Part shown: positions 8,599-17,823 of the stretch, piece by piece
Numbering within the stretch: the first letter of the stretch is position 1
Layout: the number at the start of each line of letters is the position of its first letter
NCBI GenBank assembly: GCA_052426225.1
Contig: JBNJNM010000021.1
Coordinates: forward strand, 1,178,001 to 1,242,000
Source of the DNA: Zancudomyces culisetae HAW-14-8
Taxonomy: Eukaryota > Fungi > Kickxellomycota
Reading direction: 5' to 3'
DNA: 64,000 nt
Program-made: the position numbers and the translations under genes
Notes under the pieces: generated by a model
What the model saw: only the letters and a program-made list of their open reading frames with translations
Databases searched by the model: none
Told to the model about the DNA's origin: nothing

Positions 8599-11500
8599 TC
8601 AGACGTCCCGGCCTGACTGAGAGTTTGTTTTATAATATTGTAGTGTAGTGCGAATTCTACTGGGTAATACTTCTGGGATTAAATAACCGCGGTCATGATA
8701 TGGTTTCAACCGATCTCCATTTACCTGGTCCTTATTACCTTCCGCATCCATTATTATATAGGTACCTTTATCTAACACTCTCACTACATTATAGGGGCCT
8801 TCCCAACGTTCATCAAATTTAGATTGTGGTGCGGGTACTACTTTTAGGACTTTATCACCCACTTTATACTTGTGGAAGTGTACTGATTTATCATACCTCT
8901 GTTTCTCATATCTTTTGTTTATAATAATATTTTGGTATGCTTGAGCCCTAATAATTGGTAACTCTTCTTTCACGTATTTCAGTCTCTCTAATATGGCTTC
9001 CACTTCATCTTCTTGTGTTACGACTGGGTTCCAATATACTGGAGTATTCAACTTCACACCATATAAACTTTCTGCAGGACTTATTCCAGTGTTTCTGTTT
9101 TCTGTTGAACGTATTGTCAGTAATACTTTCCAAAGGTACATGTCCCAATTCTGTCTATCTTTGTAACACAGCTTAGACAACACATTCTTCAGGTTTTGAT
9201 TGAACCTTTCTACTTGTCCATTAGATTGAGGACGATATGCTGTAGTTGGACGATGGTCTATACCTAGAAACTTGTAGAACTCAACTGCCACATCACTAAT
9301 AAAATTTGCACCTCTATCCGATATTAACCTTTTGGGTACTCCATAAATAGCAACTACATCATAGATTAGAAAATTTATAACCATCTCAGTACTGATGTTT
9401 GGAACGGCTCTCGTAATTGGCCATTTTGTGTTATAATCCATAGCCGTAAGTAAATACCTATTTCCATTTATGGATATTGGATTGATTGGTCCCATTGCAT
9501 CAATTCCCAATATCTCAAATGGCTTAGCTACGGCTATAGGATTAAGGGGGTTAACTTTACTAACATGTCCTTTGTACCTTTGACAAAGAACACAAAATTT
9601 TACTACTCTTTTAACTATGTCAAAATTCTAGAACCTGTATATAAAAGTTTAACTTTATCCCAAGTATTTCCTATTCCGCTGTGTTCTTCATCATGTATAG
9701 CTTGTATTTTGGCTTCTGCGTTAACTTCGTTAAGTACCTCCCTTTCGCCAAACTTTTTACTTACCGCTATTAACTTTCCTTCCTTCACTTTATACGGATA
9801 AGCTTTCCTTCTGAATTCCTGTTTTTCTTCCTCGTCGACTCCAACAGGGTAAGTGTTATTAGTCAAGTAATTCATTAGCGACTCATATTTAGCTAAATTC
9901 ATGGCGAAAAGTGCTTTAGTATCATTATCTTTGTGGTCTGAGCATTTATTCTCTACAGAGTTTCTTGAAAGGTAATCGGCGGGGTTATTTATACCTTTCC
10001 TGTGCTCAATCTTGTAATCGTACTCTTTTAATGTAATCTCCCATCGAGCCAAGCGCCCTGTGGGTTCTTTAGTTTTAAATATGCTTATTAAAGCTGAGTG
10101 ATCCGTAATTATTTTAAAAGGTCTTCCTAGTTCATAGTGTCTAAAATGAGTGACACCCCAAACTACGCCTAAACCTTCCAGATGTGTTATGGAATAGTTT
10201 TCTTCAGCCTTAGTTAATGTACGGCTAGCAAATGACACTGGACAGTCTTTCCCATCATAACTCTGGCTCAATATGGCGCCTAGACCTTGTTTAGATGCGT
10301 CAGTGGTGATAGTAAATGTTTTCTCCCAATCGGGATGTTTTAACAATGGTGGACTACTGAGGATGTCTTTTAGCTTATCTACTGCTTGCATACAGTCATT
10401 ATCCCAACACCAGGGTTTATCTTTTCGTAACAACTGTGTTAATGGTTTGCTAATTCTCGCGTAGTCTTTTATGAATCTACGATAATAACCTGTTAATCCT
10501 AAGAAACTCTGGATTCCCTTTACATTTATTGGATAAGGAAGCTTAGAAATGGCTTCTGATTTGGACGGGTCGGTTTCTATGCCATCTTTGGTAATTACAT
10601 GGCCTAGGTAGGAGATGCGTTGTTGGGCAAACACGCACTTCTCCTCGTTAAGTTTTATTTTAGCGCCCTTAATCAACTCAAAAACTACTTTTAGATCTAG
10701 TAAATGTTGACTAAATGATGAAGAATAGACGACTATATCGTCTATGAAAACTACCACTGTTTTCCAGAGAACTGGCTGTAATATAGTTTCCATAAGTCTT
10801 TGGAAGGTCGCCGGACTATTACTTAATCCAAAAGGCATGACCTTATAACAAAATAATCCTTCACCTGGGAAGGAAAAGGCTGTTTTAAATTTATCCTCCT
10901 CTCGAATCTTTACTTGCCAGAACCCGCTGAGGGCGTCTAGCGTAGTAAAGTATTGAGCTCCAGCTAAAGCATTGAAGATGTCTGCTATATTAGGTAAGGG
11001 ATAGTTGTCCCTTCTAGTTATCGCATTCAATTGGCGATAATCTGAGCAAACTCGAAGTTTACCATTTTTCTTAACTATGGTCACTACTGGAGCGCACCAA
11101 TCTGAATGGCACCTCTCAATAACACCTTTTCTTAGCATGGTTGCTAATTCATCTCTAACTTTACTTTGAATGGACTGAGGAACTCTATATGGTCTCAAAC
11201 GAATGGGTTTGTGGTCCCCAGTGTCAATAGTGTGTTCTACTAAGTCTGTACTAGTCAACTCTTCCAAACTTGAAGCAAAGATATTTTTATAGTCCATCAT
11301 TAACTGCTCAATGTCTTCATCTAACTTAATCTTTTTTTCTACAAGAGACACTTCTCTTGCCCAACCCACAACTTCTTCCTCTTCATCGACAACCGTCGAT
11401 ATTCCCAACGATATGATGGCGTTTTGGTATGGTATCATCACTTTGCTTTTGTTGATGTCAATTACTGCGTTATGCTTTTTAAGCCAATCTACCCCTAAGA

Positions 11501-13016
11501 CAAAAGTCTTCTTGTTACTAGCCATGATTAGTAGATCTGCCGGAAAAACGCAGTTTTGTATGGTTACGGGAACGTTCCAGGCTTTTCCGGTTGTCTTGTG
11601 AAGGCCTCCATCTGCTGTCATTATTACTTCTTGAATCTTAGTATCCGTAGTTAATCTGAGTTTTGTGGCCAATGTGTCGTTAATCACACTACATGCTGCT
11701 CCTGTGTCGATCACTACATCACATTCTTGATTTAAAATAGAGACCTTTGATCTGCAATTTGTACTAGGATGTTGGGTGAGGGTTCCCAATTCTCTTGACT
11801 GTTTAATGGCCTGACTGTCTCCTTCACAAACTTCCTTCAACTCTGCTCTGACTGTAGGTGACACTTTGATAAGCTGGTCCAAAGTGATGCTGGCTTTCAC
11901 TGATCCAATATCTTGCCTCACAGAGTATTCTGGTTTCTCTGCTGGTGTTTTGTTTACTTTATTTATTATTTTTATATTATCTTGCTGCAACTCATTATCT
12001 GTTGCTTTATTTTTAAAAACTATATTAAAATTTTCTTGATCATTAGTATTTACTTCTTCAATTTTACTTCTCTTCTGGCTCATACTTAATTTATTATCCA
12101 ATAGTTTACGTTTTTCGATTATACTTAGTTCATGCCAACGTTTGTCTATTTCATCCATGTCCAGGTTTTGTGTGAACTGGAATAACTCAACAACATTAAC
12201 ATCTTTCATACTGTTATTATTCTTGGCATAACCTGAATTTATATTTTTATTTGGGCACTGTGGACTTATGTGTCCCACCTCGTTACACGTGTAACATGTC
12301 GGTCTTGCATACTTATTGTATGTACTTATGCCTGCACTGCTGCCCTTTACTTCGATTATATCTGGTTGCTTGTAATCTGGTTTACTTTTTGGTTTGTCAA
12401 TATAGATACTTGCATTATTTTCTGTGCGCATTGAAGTTCGCACTCCTTGTCTTGTTTCATGTTGTTTTTTATACTTTTGATGACTAGCTGAATAAACATT
12501 GTCCTGTATGAATTTCTGGAGTTCTTCAAACTCTACTGCTGTTTGCACAGCTTCGTCGTAGTTATCAACTCTCCCCTTTAGGATCTCCTTTTGATACTGC
12601 GGTGACAGAGCTGTCATGAGACATTGGTACATTATAGTATCGTCAGTTACATTTGCTGAGATAAACAGTCTTTCAAGACGTGAGATGAACTCTTCAACAC
12701 TTTCCGTGGGATACTGCCTCAACCTTTGTAATGCTCTCCATGAGTTCAGTACTGAGTCTTTGTTTGCGTACTTCTTCAAAAATTCGACTTTATAATCATC
12801 CCATGTTATAACTCTGCCCTTTGTTCTTTCATTCCATATGAGTACCCTTGGGCCAAAATAAATTTCAATATATTCTAACATGTCTAGATGTGTCCAATTT
12901 TCACTACGTGCAAACAGCTCAAATCTCTTAATCCAAAGTGTAGCATTCTGATCTGCGGAGTTGTTGAAAACAGGCGGCTCCATATGTCTTGCTGTCCTTA
13001 CTGTGTTTCCAATCAT
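8599..13016 (-). CDS. Gag-Pol-IN polyprotein of element C with a single frameshift at ~9622-9625
   Basis: ORF 13016-9615 has CYTCNEVGHISPQC, VIDTGAACS, VFIDD and RNase H. ORF 9510-8599 has the DDE core and WEGPY. Adding one T to the T4 run restores ...RIFDIVKRVVKFCVLCQ (HHCC finger) in frame with the integrase core. Confidence 0.92.
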
Positions 13017-13080
13017 CTTATTATCTGAATCTGAAAAATCTCTTGATGTTCCTGTCTTGTAATGTTCCTTGCTTTGTCTG

Positions 13081-13097
13081 TCCTGGCTGGATCACCA
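13081..13097 (-). promoter_or_regulatory. Primer-binding site of element C (TGGTGATCCAGCCAGGA), probably tRNA-Arg
   Basis: Identical to A's PBS; tRNA 3'-end geometry; lies 19 nt from the LTR edge. Confidence 0.85.
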
Positions 13098-13116
13098 TTA
13101 ATATAATATATAATAC

Positions 13117-13487
13117 TGTCGTGTGAATATTATAGTTTTATATTTTTATTTGCTTAAGTCATCTCCAAAACTAGATAGAAATTATTTGCCCTATATATAA
13201 TTTTTTGGGTCTAACGAAATACTACTATAATAAATTTAATTATAAAGTTATAACTGTTTTAAACATGTGAAATATGAATTATAATAATATTATTGAAACA
13301 GGGGGTTTCCTTTGTTGAATGGGAAAAGATGTTGTAAATCATTTATAGATGATTCCCATGACTCATCTATGACAGTGTGATTCTCAGATTTACAAGGATG
13401 TTACGTGAATTTAATTTAACCATCTTTGCAATTTATTAAAAACCCATTGGGAAAAAACATAAATTGTGATGATTTAAATTCACGACA
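13117..13487 (-). repeat. 5' LTR of element C (371 bp)
   Basis: Direct repeat of 8214-8584. Confidence 0.97.
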
Positions 13488-13494
13488 AACACAA

Positions 13495-13565
13495 GCCGTT
13501 GTAGTATAGTGGCAGTACATCGCGTTGTGGCCGCGTCGACCTTGGTTCGATTCCAGGCAACGGCA
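13495..13565 (+). tRNA. tRNA-His(GTG), intronless
   Basis: Acceptor GCCGTTG/CAACGGC, D-arm GTAT/GTAC, anticodon loop TT-GTG-GC (stem CGCG/CGCG with a T27-T43 mismatch), T-arm CTTGG-TTCGATT-CCAGG, A73; G-1 not encoded. Confidence 0.96.
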
Positions 13566-13571
13566 TTATTA

Positions 13572-13576
13572 TTTTT
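13572..13576 (+). terminator. RNA Pol III oligo-T terminator of tRNA-His
   Basis: T5 run just after the tRNA; a longer T run follows near 13594-13603. Confidence 0.7.
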
Positions 13577-13623
13577 AAGTTAAGTAATTTAAAATTTTTT
13601 TTTATATTAAGGTGAGTATATAT

Positions 13624-14050
13624 TGTAGTATAATGGCTACAAACTTTTTGTTAGCGAATCAATTGCGATATCTTGTAGAAGATAACTACCAATGATGGCT
13701 AGCAGAATATATAGTAATAATAATTTAAGATAGTAAAGTGAATAACAAACCGAATATAACGCGAGCGGACAACAAAAATAGCATCTTTAGCCTTTCTAAC
13801 AGATAATACTTTACATATACGTTTTTATATACTTACTAATAGCAAATAGCAATTGATACTGATATAGTTTACTTAGTGTTACATTAATATTATAACAATA
13901 ATAAAAGGTATTATAAGCATTAATATTACGTCAAACATTACAAGTGAAGTGATCCGAGACCAGTGTATAATGTCACAATCAGTGCTATACTAATCTCAGC
14001 CATCACATTAGCTGAAATAATATAACTTATAATATCTACAATATATTACA
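13624..14050. mobile_element. Candidate solo LTR, third family, copy 1 (427 bp)
   Basis: Termini TGTAGTATA...TATATTACA, flanked by ATAT/ATAT; colinear homology with 14084-14510. Confidence 0.65.
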
Positions 14051-14083
14051 ATATATTACAATATTACACTTTTATTGCTATAC

Positions 14084-14510
14084 TGTAGTTAACGGCTACT
14101 ACTTTTTTTTCATTCATATATTGCGAAGCCTTACATAATACGGCACAAGTAACGATAGCTAAATAAATTTTAAAATGACATTATTTTTAAAGTTTGAATT
14201 TCGAACAACCAGCTAATTATGGAGTTTGGACAACAATAAAATACATCTTTAAACTTTATTTATCAGAATATCTTTATATATAGTTTGATATATATTAATT
14301 CAGCTAGTACATAATAATTAATATAGTTTACTTAGTAATTTTTTCCACTAATAATCTTAAAAGATATTATACACCCTTATTACGGTTATCTGAACCAGTA
14401 AAGTGATCCATACCCTAGTATAACAGTCTCAATCAGTGCTATACCTAACTCAACCATCACATTAGCACAAAGATAAAACAGATATATAATAACATCTGCT
14501 ATATACTACA
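14084..14510. mobile_element. Candidate solo LTR, third family, copy 2 (427 bp)
   Basis: Termini TGTAGT...TATACTACA, flanked by ATAC/ATTC; shares blocks GGACAACAA, ATATAGTTTACTTAGT, AAGTGATCC, CAATCAGTGCTATAC and CCATCACATTAGC with copy 1. Confidence 0.6.
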
Positions 14511-17500
14511 ATTCTATGGTCTTGAGTCACTTAACTATTACCTATTCTTATTATACATTAGTATCTACTTTTAACCTGTTTAATAATATTATATATTAAT
14601 TTAAACCTTATTAATTATTAATTACTAATGTATTAATATTATAAACAATTTACATTGAAAGTATATTCTGTTAAGATAATGCTATTGATTTTTTTTTTCG
14701 ATGGCTGGTTTCGTTTATATTTTGTGTTTGTTTTACTTCTCAACTTTGCCGACTTGGAACGTACCTTTTTTGAGATCGCTAAGCGTTCGTTAGTTGCTGT
14801 ATTCAGCTAAGTAATTTAGATTGATAAGCTAGCAAAAATGATGTATACAATAATAACAATTGATTATACTTTTGCCAACTTTATTGCCTAGCCCAGATTA
14901 ACACAGAGTTTGTTAGTTTATTTTGTTCCCGGATTACTATATATTCTTTTAATTTAAATTTCTTTACTTTTTTTTAAATGATAATTATAACAATCATATT
15001 TTTAAATGGTAAATGTAAGTTAATAATTGGTCACAATTAGTAAAGACTTGTAATAAATAATTCGGTAATAAAGGATTATCATTATAATTTTTGGTGCCAG
15101 CTCTAGTTTTTAATCTATTTTTGTACTGCTTTTTAATTTTACAGCTAAAATATTTCAAATATCAATATAACTTTCCCAAATTGGTAGTTGTAATATGAGT
15201 ACAGTGTAATACTTGACTGTATTCAGGTTTCTCATGTGCAAAAAGGCTTGATCAGCAATCTCTTTAAATGGGTTATGTGATTTTTTTGGAATTCATCTCT
15301 TGGTGGCTCCAGAGCGATCACTACTTGATGGATTTATGCATTTATCTTTAGCTTGCTGTATCCACTCTGTTCTTAGTTTCGCATAAGATCTAACACGTTG
15401 GATTGGGATGTTATTTTTAAAGTTTTATAAGTTTTCTATACGTATCACTATTATCTACTATTTGTATTAACCAAAGTCAATATTTTTCTGTTCAGATGTA
15501 ATCATTATTTCTTCACTCTTACACTTAATAATTTAACTATTTAAAGAGCTATAGAATCCTCTCGTGGATGTTTCCTTGTTTACATTTATTATACTATATT
15601 AGTTATTACTACAACTATATTATGTTCATTTATTTTATAGTCTTGTTTCTGTGATTTAACTAGTATCTTCTCTTTTTCCATTCATTTCCAATTATTTTTT
15701 TGTACTTTTTAAACAATTGATAAAATATTATTAAAACCTTTTGTTCATTTTTAATTATCAAAATTATTAAAACATTTTCCCTGTATTTCTAATTTTGTAA
15801 TTTTTTGTGAAAATATTATTTAATCGAACTTGAAATTGTTTTAATTTTTATAATTGTGTTAGTATCGAGTTTTAGCTTACTGTAATTATGTATTTAAAAC
15901 ATTCATTAAATTTTTTGTGTCCCGCACAACATCCGGGTACACATGAATATTATTATTTTTTGAACCGCGATTGACTTTTCTGCAAAAACAAGTATCTATT
16001 ATACCACAAAATACGGCAACAGTGACAGCGATCGGATAGAATGTGTGAGTCTATTATATAAAGCTGGAATATAAATACTCTGATAATTAATTTATAGTGG
16101 ACAGCGAAAATAGGATGATTAGCCTTTTCCTAACCTTACTACTTTCCATATACTTCATTTAATTCTATAGATATTTTTTTTCTCAAAGTACTATTTTACT
16201 TTTAATTTAATATTAATTTAATTAGTTTATAATAATAAAAATTAAAACGAAAAAGTTGTGTGATTATGCCCTTAGTATAATCAACAAAGCCAGCGATATA
16301 CCAAACTTTGCATAAAAATTATCATCAGAATTTTGAAATATTAAAACAATTCATTATTACAAGGTGTATGTTAATATTAAATATTTTCAGTTTTAGTATG
16401 TTATTTTTCTTAATGATTCTGTCATCTATACCAGTCTCAGACTACTTGTTGATTTTTTTATATTCCGTTTATACTTTATAACTTTTACCTTGATTGTTAT
16501 TTAATGGTAAATTCCAGACTATTGATACTTCTAGTACTATACCAATCTCTTATTAATTAGAATGTTTATTTCAAAATTTTTGTTAAGGTTTTTAATTTCA
16601 CTTGTCAATATTCATTTATATTCATAATTTTTGCAAATCACATTTTTCAATGAGTATTCTCGTATTTCTCTATAATCATGCTATAATTGGTACTCGTTTA
16701 TTGGTTTGAATATTTCTTGATCCGCTAGTATGCTGTGTTTAACTGTTATACTACAATTAAACTCAATTGTTTTTCAGGACATAATTTGATTTAAAGAGAA
16801 TCGATCATGTAAAATAATTGTTTTTGTTATCTTTGTAAAGTGAGAAATATGCACGATTAGAAAAGCTAACTGAAGAGGGTTGAGAATAGAATAACAATAG
16901 ATTTTTTTAACAGAATATCTTTGTATTCCATTGAACCAACGCTCATAGGTACAGAGTCCTTGAAGGGCTGTACGATAGTTGGTTAGAATTAATGTGAATG
17001 GTTTGTATTATTGCAGTTTTGTGATATATGTTAATAAAATCACCGAGCAAAGAACCAACATCTTAATTAAAAGATTAGCTTTAAAAGTTATCTATTATTA
17101 GTCACCATCTTTTAACAATAATAGATGATAATCTAATAGTATCTAACGTCAATACAGAATAGCTAAATACTATTTACTAGAGTATAACTGTCTTTTTGCT
17201 ATCTGAACTCTTAAAAATCTTAACTTGTATTATTACAAGATATTTTTAAATGGGTTATAGCTTTTCTTATTTACACTATAGCTATCAGTATAACCCAGTT
17301 AAACATATTTTTCATTTTCTTATATTTGTTTTATATACTATTATGAATTATTTTTAATTATCCATAGCTAATCGTTAGTATAATATCGATTCTTATTAAG
17401 CATATATATGATGCCATTATTTCATCTATATTCCATATTTTTAAATGTTGTATCAGATATTTATTTCACAACTAGATTATTTTTTACTCATGATAGTACT

Positions 17501-17823
17501 AATTTACCAAAATCATTTAATCTTTTTTAGCCGTTTAATTTATTAAATATACTTGTAAATTATATTGTAATTGTTTGAATAATAAATACAGTTCAAAGCT
17601 ATTCATTTACATTATTAAATATTGATAATTTACTAATTCAAAAATATTTCTACAATAATATCAACAAAAATTTTCGTTATTGGTTTTGAGTAATAAATTT
17701 CAACCCCTAAACTAGCAATTTTATAAATTCAGGAAATTTTTATATAATATCAAATATTGCAAAGTTTAAATCTCAATATACTATATATTATATAGAATGT
17801 AAAGATTTAGTTTTTAAACAGAT

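Larger units (their letters stand above)
8214..13487 (-). mobile_element. Full-length Ty3/Gypsy LTR retrotransposon 'C' (5274 bp)
   Basis: 371-bp LTRs with one visible difference (8564 C vs 13467 T), TSD AACA (8210-8213 and 13488-13491), PBS, PPT, gag-pol. Confidence 0.97.

Noticed and set aside
6760-9630. Programmed frameshift in the integrase HHCC region, since both B and C ORFs stop there
   Set aside because: B needs +1 and C needs -1, there is no shared slippery site, C's lesion is a homopolymer length change, and B has several more indels. Mutation or sequencing error is more likely.
13621-13640. Second tRNA-His-like fragment (ATTGTAGTATAATGGC)
   Set aside because: No cloverleaf or B box; better explained as the start of the 427-bp solo-LTR-like repeat.
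13624-14510. A single TRIM-like element with two LTRs
   Set aside because: The copies are strongly diverged, each has its own apparent TSD, and the 33-bp spacer has no PBS or PPT.
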